From the human T2T-CHM13v2.0 reference genome, Homo sapiens, in NCBI RefSeq assembly GCF_009914755.1, contig NC_060926.1: a DNA stretch of 64,000 nt; one strand, 5' to 3'. Shown here piece after piece: positions 35,865-49,090 of the stretch (position 1 is its first letter; each line of letters opens with the position of its first letter). Below the pieces are notes generated by a model, which ran no database searches, was not told the origin of the DNA, and worked only from the letters and a program-made list of their open reading frames with translations. A program made the translations under genes and the position numbers.

Positions 35865-36270
35865 GAGCAGCTGACCTTAGAATTGGAGATAAGTGGGTTT
35901 GAATCCCGACCTCCCCACTTGCTCACTGTATGACTTCGGGCTTGCCGCTTCCACCTTCAGTCTGCCATCTGAGAGTGAGTGTGAAACACCTGCTTCAGCA
36001 GGGCTCTTGTGAGAATGTGGCGGGTTAATGTGCACTGTGGAAAGAGCAGCAGGTCTGAAATCAGAACCCGTGGGTGTCTGCTCAGCCCTGTGATTCATTA
36101 GCCGTGATTGAGCAGAGTACTTTATCTCTCTCGGCGTCAATCTCATCATCTGTAACATGTGGGTAATGACATCCACCGCACAGGTTTGTTGTGAGGATTA
36201 ATGAGATAAAAAGATGTGTATGTGCGTTGCAAATGGAAAAGTGCTGTAAAATGTGAGGCTTGTTATTTCT
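35865..36270 (+). mobile_element. Two tandem MIRs
   Basis: gggtttgaatcccgacctccccacttgctcactgtatgac..., then tctcatcatctgtaacatgtgggtaatgac...ttgttgtgaggattaatgagat. Confidence 0.75.
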
Positions 36271-38287
36271 GCTTTATCTAACGTTGATGCTGTTCCTAGT
36301 GGATTCTGGTGGTCCTATCTCAAAAGCTACCGGTGAAGGCCACAGCCAGGCATAGCCTGGGATGTGCTAAGGTGGAAGCATCAGTGAGTGGCAGGGCCTC
36401 AGACAGAAAACCAGAATGTTGAGGACTCTCCCTGAGACTTCCTCTCTCCTCTAAGGACCTGAAGGACTTCAGATGTGCTTCAGGGCACTGCTATCAATAC
36501 GAAAATGAGGACTTTCCACAGAGATAAACTGCATGTCAGGCAGAGGCAGCCCTGAGACCCCATTCCAAATGTGTCAGATGATATAATTACAATTTATTCT
36601 CTTTGCTGACGGCAGCCTTTTAAAAATCCATTCCAGTCTGGTTTCAACAGAGCCGTAGGAGCCTTAATGAATATCAGGGCCTTCTACACACCATTTCCAA
36701 ATAAAGATTCCAGGGCTGCTCTGAGGAGAAACTGTCAATTGGTCTGGTGGCACTTAGCGGTGTGTTCTTTCTTAAAAGTGGTGTGACTTTTCTTAAAAGC
36801 TCCTTGGCGGCTATGAGAATACACCCAGTTTCGGAGCATTTGCCTGTGGAAACCAGAAAGCTTGGCCATCCAGAGACTAAGATTCGTTTTCTGTAGAGGC
36901 AGGGAACATTTCTCATACTTTGTTATGCTTAAGAATTTCCCCAGAGTGTTAGGAAGTTTGAAGGATCCTGGGCCTCATTCCCCAGACATTCCAGTTAAGG
37001 TGGGGCCAAGGACTCTGCAGGACTGCTAAGTATCCCTAGGTGCCTCAGAGGGAGATGCAACAGAAACCAGTCCCCCCAAACACACTGCAAATTACTGTCA
37101 AATCATTTCTCTGAGCCTGCTTCATCAACTGCAAATTGGAACGATGCTACTCCCTGTATGTCTCTGTCACAGGGCTATGTGGGGGCCAAATGAGAATACT
37201 AATTTGTAAATTGCAAAGGGCTGTAAAAGATGTTTTTTATGGTTTTTATGTTTTTTATGGTTAACCAGATAGCTATGTAACTCAGAGCAGAAAGAATCAC
37301 AGGACAAAAATCATGTTTCCAGGTGATCCCAAGCTATATTTTAAGAGAAAAAAAAGAAAAACAAATCTTGAAAACCAAATAGGAAAATGGAAAGACCAGG
37401 CCAAATTTATGCAATTTCTCATTCATTCAGTTGTCTGATTCTTGTTGAATTCGCCCTAACTTCTTTATATTCCAGACCCACGGGACAGTGCTTATTTTCA
37501 AAGACAGGCTAAAATGGCATATCTGTAGCCGCCATGAAGAATTGCAAACATTAAAAACTCTTCACATGTGCAAACAGTTGCTGGTAAAATACCTGAGGGC
37601 TGAGGACTCAATCTTCAGAAACCATTACTTGGTTAAAACTGGGTCCCCAGCGAAGCCCTAGACTATCACAGCTGGAAGGCCCCCCAAAGTCCCTTAAATA
37701 TGAGAAAACCAAGACCCAGGGAAAGTCACAGCATCAGAGTTACAAAATCCATGTCATTTGACTCCCATGTCACTGGTTTCTCATTCCAGCAAGCCCTGAA
37801 AATAAACAGTTATTGGATGTCCACCATGTTTTTTGAGTGTGCACTTGGGATTTAAGGTTAAGTAGGATATAGTCCTTGTCTTAAAGGACCTTATAATCTA
37901 TGTAGGGAGGTAAGAAAAAGAAATCCAAAGTTAATGAATCAGAGCAGAAAAGATATGAGCTAGTATTGCATGGTGCGCTGGGGCAAGTTAAGGTCTGGGC
38001 TGGACTTTGAAGTCTATGACCGGGAAGAACCGGGGAGTCGTGCCAGCCAGGCAAAAACAATTGAGGGCTGCTCAGGAATCCGTGAGACAACAGCGGTCTC
38101 CAGAGACCAGGACGCGAAGGAAGGAATGGCTGGAAAGAAGGCTGGGTTGGATTATGATGAGTCTGAAACATCATAGGAGGTCACTTATCTAGTTGAAGCA
38201 TTTAGATTGCATGGGGAGCTATTGAAGATTTTTGAGCAAGGAAGCAACCAAATATTACAGAATCATGAAAGAGCTGAAGGGAATCTC

Positions 38288-38617
38288 AGTGCTTCTCAGA
38301 CTTTGCCTTGTATTGTATCACCTGAGGTTATTGCAGATCCTGATTCTGCAGTCGGAAGTCGGACCTGAGATTCTGCATTTCTGAGAAGGTCTCAGGTTTT
38401 GCCATGCTGCTGGTCAGTAAACCACACTTTGAGTGGCAAGATTAGAGTTCAGTCTAGCCCAGTGGATTCTCATTCTGGCCACATATTGGCATCACCTGGA
38501 GAGCTTCACAAAAACTGCCAATACCTATGCCCTACACTGGAAAACCACCTAAATAGAAATAGTTGAGGTAGCTTGGACCAGTATCATTTCAATACTCTTC
38601 AGTGATTCCAGTGTGCA
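38288..38617. mobile_element. Two adjacent MER5-type (hAT-Charlie) MITEs
   Basis: cagtgcttctcagactt...cctgagattctgcatttct...accacactttgagtggcaag, then cagtggattctcattctggcc...atcacctggagagctt. Confidence 0.7.
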
Positions 38618-39494
38618 AAAGACATGAGATTCTAATTTTCAGTTCAACTTCTGATTGTTGTAGGAAAAAGAGCCAGAATAAGAAAATGACCTGCACAAGA
38701 TCACTAACTTCAGGGAAGAGACTGAAAAAGGATCGCATTCCCTGGTCCTTGCTCAGAAGCTTCCCATTACATCCCACAAACTTCAGCGCACCAATCTTAA
38801 AAACTTATTCAAAAAAATGGCAGGAAGCTACAAATCTTATTTGAAGAATTTTTCTGGCAATGGTTTTTGGTGACATTCTTTGAGGCTATTCTTATGTATT
38901 GGCCTTTAATATTTTAGATTAACAAGTAAAGGAAAATCCCTATGAACTCCCCTTTCCATTCTGGGAGCCCCGTGATTCTATAACAAAGTTCATATGAAGT
39001 TTAATAAGAAAAACTGTTTATGTGTTACAATTAAGCTTGGCCGGCTAGGCACCGAACTCCACAATAGCAACGCAAATCAATTAAAATGGAAAGCAGCTGG
39101 TAAGTGAAGTTTTCATTTAGGAAACATGAAAGTGAAAATTTGCCCTTTCGACTTTTGTTTACCCTCATTCCCCAGAGGCAGCATTGCCCTGGGGAAAGAG
39201 CACTGGATTGGAGTTGTACTCCTGGATTCTACAACTCACCTTGGCTTTGGTCTTGGCAAGAAACTGCAATTTTGAGTCTCTGTTTTATCATCAGTGAAAT
39301 AAAGGGGCAGAATGAGATGATTCCTATTCTTTCTACTCAGAACTGCTACAAATGTAAGTAAAATACAATGCAACTTGGGGGAAAGGAATCAATAACTTAA
39401 ATTATTGGGAAAAAAAAAAGCCAGCAGAGTAATTAATTTAAAAGTGAGCAAAAAAACATAGTGAGAAAGTGAACTTCATTTCTGGTTGAAACAC

Positions 39495-39790
39495 TGCTTG
39501 TTACTTATCTAATATCCAATTTCTCTTTCTTCCTTATGATCAAAACTCAGTTATGCTTCGGAGAGTCATGGACCAAGCTAAAAACTACATTTCTCAAACT
39601 ATCTTGCAACTAAGATGGAACATGTAACACAATTCTGACCAATGAGACATAAGCAGAAATTTGCTGAAATTTTATGGAGAAGTTTTGTTTTCTTAATTTA
39701 GATGCTACATCCTCCTCCCCCTTTTGGCTTCTTAATTCTTCTTCTAGCATGGAGCACATTTATAAATTTCCAATCCATGGCATCTTCAAA
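39495..39790 (+). mobile_element. Old MaLR LTR fragment (MLT1I/J-like)
   Basis: actacatttctcaaactatcttgcaactaagatggaacatgtaacacaattctgaccaatgagacataagcagaa. Confidence 0.55.
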
Positions 39791-40012
39791 TGCTTTCAAG
39801 TAGCTATTATCTACTAATGCCTATAAACCTAGAACATGTACAACAAAATTGTTACTGGCAAGACCGTTGTGATTTTGCTCTAGGGATGATCCATCAAACT
39901 CTACAAGCCAACTAAGTCACCACTAATCGCTAGCTCAATAATTCATCGAATGACAAATGTGTTAAATTACTGATTTGCTTTTAAGAAGTTTCTATTAACC
40001 AACCAAAATTTA

Positions 40013-40354
<342 letters not shown>

Positions 40355-42931
40355 TTAATGTGAAGTATAATTTTAGATTACAATTTCTTATATATTTTGA
40401 ATTCAGCTGTCATGGAGGTCACACATGTTAAATGTTTTATTTAGGGTACCTTTTTTTCACTGAGTATATTTTCAATCCAGTTTCTACTTCGTTGATTTAC
40501 TAACTTGCTTTTATGATTGAGAGAAAATGGGTGGAACTTGAGTAGTGCACCAAGATTGGGAATATTTCACTCATTTATCTGCACATAATACACACCCACC
40601 AAATCAGTACATACACACATATCTTACACAAACGCATACACACTCAAGCCAATGTGTCCACAGACCTGACTTGCTTAGTGAGGCTGGCATATAATAAACC
40701 ATGCAAAAGTAACTCAGTTTTTTAAAATGACACACAAATCATACGATACCAATGGAAATAGTGATAGAGATGCAACACATTAGTAAATAGTATTCTGTCT
40801 TGATAAGTGGAGGTCATTTGCAATGAGAAACATGGTGCCATTTTACTCCGTATCATGAATGATTTGCAAAGACTATCCAAGAATAAAGAACAGCCTCTGT
40901 CTCTGCAAGGACATGGGCATATATGTGTCTGAGTGCTGCACGTTCAGTATGATGAGTGTGTGAAGTCACTTGTGAAAAATCATTTCCAAGCACAAAATCC
41001 TGGTGAACACAACTGCCTGCTTTCTCCTCAACTCAAAAAAGCAAATCTATGTTCTGAGAAAAGTAGGAAAGGCAGAAGACTGGATTTCAAATGTGCTTGG
41101 AGAGAGAGTCCACCCATTCATTTATAAAATCCTTGACATTCACGCTATACATTAAAATGAAATTCAACATTTATAAAATGTTATGCAAAAAAATGCACAG
41201 AACATTGGGCTAGTCTCAGTAAAACATGAATAGTTGCCATAAACTTTCTAAGTGGTTAATAAAAAAGATTTTTTTTGTGGACTAAGTATTCTGCGAATAG
41301 GCCCTTCAGTAAATTGTTATATTGGCCATTTGTTATAATATAATTGGGGTTGGGACAATTAGTCATTCCAAGGTAGACAAGTTAACTATCCAGCAAACTG
41401 GTCTATGACTTATCGTCAGTGAAGTAACCTAGGGCGTCCAGTATCTTGCAGCTAGCATTATTAACAGGTTATTTTTAAGCATTATAGACATTTTAAATTA
41501 TTAAGTATGGCACTATTTTTAAAATTATTGTTCATTCATGAAAACAAAGCCATTATTTTATATATCTGGTGCTGAGCCTTTTAGCTAATTAAGATTACCT
41601 CATGGTCTTAATATCAGTTTAGCAATTCTCCTAAGTTACATTAAAAAATACTCAACTAAAAATAAGTTATCTCCTTCATTGCTCAGATCCTATAGTTGAT
41701 CTTCTCTGTGTTACACACCATTCTTGTCCCACATAACCTACATTAGAGCTGTGACTTCACTTTAAGAGGAGGCATTTAATAACAATACAAAGATTTCTGT
41801 TTGTAGCTGTAATTGTTTTAAGTTCACATTTAATGTAGCATCGTCATCAAGTACATTTATTTAAATATGATCTTTGAAAGGTGAGACACATGTATTTATT
41901 TTGGAGAGGTCATGGAGATTGCAGTCTCTTTCTACACATACCAACACTGTGTTCTGCCTTCACTGTGTGTGTATATGTGTGCATGGGAGAGTGCAATGGT
42001 AAAGTAACATTATGGTTGATTCCAAACTGAAAACGAATGTCCCAATGTTCGAAAACAAAATCCATCACACTTCCTGTATTATGCCGTTAGCACCCTCCCT
42101 AGATGTAGCAGCTCAGGCGTTTCTGTTTAAACATTTTATACCCACTACCTTCTGGCTACGCCATTATGTAAATGTCAAGGAGGAGATTACAAATCATCAG
42201 TCATCTCTCCCTTTATCCTCCAGTACTTCAACTTCTGCATGGTTCTCCCTACTTTCAGTGTTAATCCTTTATCGTCCTCAGGCCTCATCTTTCTAAACTT
42301 AAAATTCTAATTTGTCACTGCCCTACATAACAACCTCTAATGAATCCCCCTCTCATATAGTATAGAGGGCAGACTCCTTAAAATGGCAAACTAAGGCATG
42401 CCTAACGCTGGGCTTCATACCCTCTGACACCACCCGTTGACATTACACGGACCTTCTTACGTCCGCACCTGCTGGCTGCTGTCCTAGTGCCTTTGCCCAG
42501 CTGGGTCCCTGTCCCTGAGGTGGCCATTCCCATTTCTGCAGGGTGCCTCATCATTCTTTGGAGGTTGTTTAAGCAAGTCACCTCCCCAGCAGAACTTCCC
42601 AAAGCAGAATTTGGCACTCTCACAGTATGTACTTATGTGATGGCAAAAAGAGGACCTGTATTGGAATCCCAGCCACACAAAGCATAAGACCGTATGTGTC
42701 TCACTTAACTTTATCTAGGTGGCTAGGTGTGCTCTTTAAAATGAGAATAATAATAGTGCTTAATGCATAGTTATAAAAAGTAAATGATAACACCTTCAAA
42801 TACATGTTTTTCCCCAGATATTAGACTGAATCAATCACCATCTCAACAATATCTAACCCAGATCCTAGCACCTGTGGCTTCCAGATTAAGATATCTAGTA
42901 TCTAAAGAATCTTAGATGAGAAACTATTTTT

Positions 42932-43118
42932 TGATAATTTTTTTTAAGTTTTAATTTTGGATTCAGGGAGTATATGTGCAGATTTGTTACCTGGGTATAT
43001 TGTGTGATGCCGAGGGTTGTGAATGATCCCATCACCCGGGTACTGAGCATAGTACCCAACAGTTAGTTTTTTTTAACCCTTGTTCACCTCCCTCCCTCCC
43101 CACTCTAGTAGTCCCCAA
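42932..43118 (-). mobile_element. Short 5'-truncated L1PA15/16-like 3' end with TSD
   Basis: ttttggattcagggagtatatgtgcagatttgttacctgggtat...ctctagtagtcccca. TSD aaactattttt / aaactgttttt (42921-42931 / 43121-43131). Confidence 0.85.
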
Positions 43119-46100
43119 ATAAACTGTTTTTAAGACACCATTATAAGCTCTGTTCTGCTGGGCACAAGACTTATATAGTCGTTATCATGGCCATTGTTAC
43201 CGCTGGGTTTTGCAGGCTGCACAATTCATGACAAACCATGCAGATGTTCCCTCAGAGGTCACAAGAAAGCCTGCAATGCTTACACACTATAGTTTGACCA
43301 CACCCAGGTAGACCTAGACATAGCCACTGTGGGGCTCTGGAATGTACACATGAGTAGCTAGTGGTAAAGGTTTTAAGCTCCCTGCCCCATGCAGGTGGTG
43401 CACACACCACAGATCCTTGCTAGAGTCTCCTTAGTGAAAGGAGTATGATTCTTACACACACTGTGTCTTTTGCTTTTTCTAAAGCTTCCACGGAACTTGG
43501 CCAAAACTCTATTAGGTCAGATGCAAACTCAGCTTTTATAATTAGCCTACCCAAAGCCTCTGTTGTATGTGGCTCCTGTTTATTCTTGTTTAAGTTTTAA
43601 ATTATGCTTCACTCAGTATTGAGTACAGAGTGTCCTGTAAATGCTAACTAACATTAATATTGTTCTAGATTATAAGCTCCTTGGAAGTAGAAACTATGTC
43701 TTTTTCCATCTTTTTTTTTCAATACAGTGTTTTACACAATATTTGGTACCCAGAAAGACCTCAATTAACATTACTTGAGTGAAATTAGCAATTATATAGT
43801 AACTTGTAATACATAAAGAACTTGTACATTCGTCCTCTTAGTTATTTTCACAATTATGCTGTGACTGAGAATTCATCTTATTGTCTACTAGAGACCTGAG
43901 ATGTAGGGAAGGAATATGGCTTGCCAAGGCTACGGGATTAATGACAGAGCCATAACTCAAACCCATGTGTTGTTTTGCTCTGTTTTTCCTTTGTTGTTGT
44001 TTTGGATTTAAACTGGTCTTTTCACTACTCAATCATGTGTTTAATTTGCTAGCTAATTTTGACATTGCAATGTTGCTCATGGGTAGGTACTGTCCAAAGA
44101 GAGCCTTCTGCTTTTCCTCTCTCACAGGCAACTCTACTGGAATTTACTACCCTCAGAAAATCCTACACAGCCATAATCCAGAGTTATAACTAATTCATAA
44201 ACTGTACTAGAAAGCAAGCAAAAGGAAACATAGAAGCCATTGTCTGCAAAAAGAAATAGTCTGAAATCACTTCTCTCAAGTCCATTGCCAGTAATCTCAG
44301 CTGAATTTCTGGAGGAACATATGTAATTGGATAGATAGTTTCCAAGAACATTCAAAGTTGTAACACTCCCAGCATTTAATATATAGGAGTATGTGATTCT
44401 TTCAGTAAATCCTGACAGTATTAAAGTTTCAGATGATGAATTGATACAATGAAAACATCTCTGAATGCCCCTTGTCATTTTTACTACTTACCCACTCAAA
44501 GAAGTTCCAGTCAAGTTATTATTTTGCAGTTAAAATATCCTCAGATACTAAAGGTTCTAAAAACCCATGCCTCATCCTGAAGAACATTCTCATAATTTAG
44601 ACACAGCTCTTTATTAAATGTATAAAGGTGCAAAATTTATAAAGCTCATAAAAGCCTTCCCTGCTCCCTGTGTGTCTGACTTGCCACAGCCCTCTTCATA
44701 CTACGTGCCACATCGATGCTGTTTTGCATAGTGGAACCATGTAAAAGGCAATCCAGATGGTTTAAATACTTGTAAAACCTCATTAAAAAGAGGGAAATGA
44801 ATCTCCCCATGTATCTAACTGGTGACCTTCTAAGAAGTAAAGTAAAGGCAGCCAGCTAGCTCCCTTCACGCTTACGTATAGCTCGGAAGGGGAGTGAAGT
44901 TGGGACCACAGCACAGAATGAAAAAGATTGTTGGTGGTTGTTTCTTCAGGTGATGACTTTTTTCCTCCCTATTAGCGTCTTGACAGAATATGGATTAGAG
45001 ATCAATGAGAGGCATGGCTATAAGGTCAAGTCAAAAGTGCCGATGAAGGAACAGACCACTTGATAAGAAATTATGTGACTGTCTTTAGAAGTGGACGTGA
45101 AAGGCGGTTACCCCTCAAACTATTCCTCCTGAAAGACACACTCCAAGGGCCCTAGATGAACCTTCCTTTACTCTTTTAGGGAGAGAACTGCTGTTGCTAT
45201 ATAGGTCCTAGATAATTTATTTAGTGAGATAGTGTATGTGAAATCATTTTATTATTTTAAATAAGGTTTTTATGTTTTCAGGTGCAGAGGGCTGTAAAAG
45301 TTCTTTGTAAATAATAAACTATTATATGAATTAAGAATAATTATTACTATAATAAGAAGAGTGTTTCTGCTCCCCAGTTTCCCACTGTTCCCTGCAGATG
45401 GGAAAATATATCTTTACAGTTTTCCCTTCCACCTCACTGAGACTAGTGAAGAAGCCCACACTGAGAATTTGAGCTGGTGCAAGTACAAGGTAAAACTATA
45501 AATCGAAAGGATGCTCCTGGTCTTGGCATAGCTAATTAAGAGTTATTGGAGATCAATGAGAGCTGTTTTGAATGACATTATTAAGAACCCCATGTCATAT
45601 GTTTAAGTGGGTCCCTTGTCATAGACCAATGCATGTGAGGAAAAGGGAAAAGGAGAGAAAAGACATGAAAAGTGCTTCATAATTTAAATAGTACCACCCT
45701 TGGGAGCAAGACTAATCCTTGTAGATTAACAAACTTTAGGAAAGTATTTATCTTACATTTATTTGGACTGCACTGTCTCTGATAATTATTATCTGTCCTG
45801 AGAATAGTGTGTGCACATGTTGTGGGTTCAGTCCAAGGTTTATCCACATGAGACCAGAAGGCCCCAGGAAGAATGAGGGTGTGTGTATTTACTTCATACT
45901 GGTAGAGACACATGAAAATGACCAGTCTTGGGGTACAAACACCTACCCTGAGCTGTTCTACAGAAGTTCCATATGGTATTGATCTTGATAAAGCATCTTG
46001 GGCTTTGGGAAATAGGTTCTGTTGTATATAGATGGGATGGCTGCCTGCTGAGGTGGATGGAAGAGGATGGATCCAGACAGAGACCAATCCCTGTAGATGT

Positions 46101-48812
46101 ACAGGGAGTTTCCCTGGTGAGGTATGAAACCCACACTGTGAAGGATAAAGATAGTGAATATTTCTCTGAAATATTTTTCTAAAACAAGACGCCTGTACAT
46201 ATTTTCCTTCCTTTGTTGCTGAAAACAATCTATTTAGTATCTAACATTAAGGGTCTTATTCTCAATGTTGAAATACCATTAATTATCCCCAAAGTAAATA
46301 GTCTTTGATAGCATAGCACATGTGTATTAGTAGAGTTATATAGAGTTAAGAGCCAGGCAGTAAGGGAAAGGGGTCTTCTACATAAAATGTCTCTCAAAGT
46401 CAATACGGTAGCACCAATATCTACCGGAAAGAAAAGAGTGGTCCAAAGTTCTAGGTATCGGGCATGAGAAAGTGAATAAAGGCTCAAAGCAACAAGAGCA
46501 AGGGTGGATTTATATTTCTACAAAGCAGCAGCTGCCTCAGGGACAACTCCTGAGCAGACACGGAGGCAAATTTCCCTTCTCACAAATACTCTAGAGGAAG
46601 TTTTTCCTTTTTTCCATTATTATTAGTTATTATGATTCTGCTTATCATTAAATTATTCTATAAATATTTATGCAATTGAATAAACGGAATAATTTATTTA
46701 CTCTACCAATATTTACTGAGTGCTGAGTCTCAGGATATACAATACTTGCCCCCAAACATATACGCATATATATTCCCATATGCACACATATTCCCATACC
46801 TGCCCATATAGAAGTATGTTTGCACATACCGATACATGTACACATGTATGCAGAGTCACCCAATGTACACACACACATCGATACAGGAGGATACACACTC
46901 CACAGACTTGGAAGATCAGACACAAGCTACAGTGTTGATGACTTAAGATCCCAGAAGTTTGCCCAGGTAGCCCTGGCAAAGGCAGACCCTCTTGGCTTCA
47001 TGGATGCTGACTCCTCCCAGTTATGTGCTCTAGCTCCGAGCACACCTGCAAAGCAACAGCCCTACTTTCTTTCCTTTCCTGATAGCACCAGGGACCTCCT
47101 AAGGGGAGTTTTGAGCCAGAATCTTTTACTTCGAAGGGACAGGAACAATTTTTCAGGTACCTGGGTCTTGGGCTAAAGATTGCTAGGTCAGTTTCAGTCC
47201 CCGTGAAATTTCAGCTACTTCTTCTGCCTTATGCTTTCACTGTATCCCACGTTGTCAGTTACTTGGCTGGCTGTTGGGGCACAGAGAGGGAGCATTCCTC
47301 TGAGGGTTGTTAAGGCACAAGAAAAACCAAAAAGAAATAAAATTGCATGGATAAAGAATGATAAATATAAAAGCAGATAAAGACTCAAATGGAAGAGAGA
47401 AAGGAAGCCCTAAATAGTAGATGAAGAATAAAATCAGTTGTCAAGGGACATGATGGAGTGGAGACAAGGATTAGAACATTGAGCAAGTCAAATCCAAAGA
47501 TTAGGAATCTCAGCTGGTAAATGTTGAAAAAGCAGTAGGAGAGTTTGTTCCTTGCATTCACAACCTGGTGTGTCTTGCCAAGCAGCTTATTGAAAACTCC
47601 AATCAGCAGACCCAGCTAAATAGAATAAAAGGTTATTTTAAATTGTACATTTCAAACACAAATTTAAAGGTAAGCATTAGAATCAAAATATACATATGTA
47701 GCCAACAGGTTTCATGTTCTCATATGTGTATATATTGAACATCTAGCAGAGCAGATTGGATATCTGGCTGAAATATTTTGTTTTTCCTTGAGTTTTGGGG
47801 CCACACAGGTCTAGACTGTGTATGTACTTGTGCACTGAGAAAACCTGGTAAATGGTAAACCAGAACAATCAATGAGAAATAAAAGGGATGGGGTTTCTAA
47901 AAGTGAACAAATGACAAAAATCGAGGCATTCTTTTGCAACACACAAAAATGAATATATTACATTTCCATGTCCTTTTTTGGTATTTTTTTTTCTGTTTTA
48001 GGGAACAGAAACACTTTATCTTAGACACTTTTATAAGTGCAGGCTAATTGTTTCCAGCTCAGCTTCCCTATATTTGGAGGATTTTCACAATGACAAAACC
48101 ATTCTCTATTTTTCAGACTCTTTCTTTTCTTATATAATGAAAATGTTGGTGATCTGCTGACATGTATAATCAATGAGGTTATAAATATGATAGTAAGAAA
48201 AGAAATTGTTTTGTTACCTTCAAAATAGTCTGTACTCATTATTACATAATTAGCAAATAAAATAATATCTGTATTTAACATTAATAAGGAATAAATATGA
48301 GCATTTTGAAATTAGCTATCAATATGCTTAGTTTAAGTTCTTTTTTAAAATTTAACCTGTTTAGAACCTTGTAATACTTACTACCCATTACCAGAGATAG
48401 TTGAGTACAATTTGACTCAGCCAATAAAGTTATTTAAGACTACTGACTAATTGCAAAAAATGTTGAAGATGATATAACAATTTATAAATATTTTTTATAT
48501 TAATAGGATACCACACCAGGATTTATTCCCCGCTCTTTACTTCAAAATACTTCACAGAGTGTAGTCCTATAGAAGCCAAGGGAAAAAATATTCCAAGGAT
48601 GTATTGGTTTACAAAACCAAATACCATAGAATGCAAGTCGGATAACTTCTGACAAACTCTCCATGATCTGGGAAATAGGAGATCCTTGGCATTCCTTTCT
48701 GCAAGACATGTTGAAGGAATGAAGAGAGCAAGATCTAGGTTACTTAAGGTTAAGGACTAAGAGCTGGGTAGGTAGAAGCTGAGAGTAAATAAAGAGAAAA
48801 TCTCCTTCTGGC

Positions 48813-49090
48813 TGTACCAGTTAGCAAAGGCTAGGTGACACTATGAGAACAAACAACCCCTAAGCATCAGTGGCTTCATGTAGATTTGTTTCTCACCTAC
48901 GCTACATGTCCACCACAGGTCGGATGGAAAGTCTCGTAATCAAACACAGGTAGCTGAGCCCACAGAGTCTCCATCTCAACACACTCATTCACAATCTCCA
49001 TGGTAGGGACAAAGAAGATGGGGCAAAAACACAGCAATTTAAAGCTTCAACCTGGGAAAGACACCACTGCTTCTCCCACGTCAAAATAAG
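48813..49090 (-). mobile_element. Old MaLR LTR fragment (MLT1J/L-like)
   Basis: tgtaccagttagc...aacaaacaacccctaagcatcagtggcttc...tttgtttctcacc...ctacatgtccaccacaggtc. Confidence 0.5.

Noticed and set aside
44855-44900. Imperfect hairpin ctcccttc...gaaggggag as a pre-miRNA
   Set aside because: The stem is too short and bulged, and I recognise no mature miRNA sequence.
45677-46228. 183-aa minus-strand ORF
   Set aside because: It has a non-ATG start, no recognisable homology and no supporting gene structure; consistent with chance.
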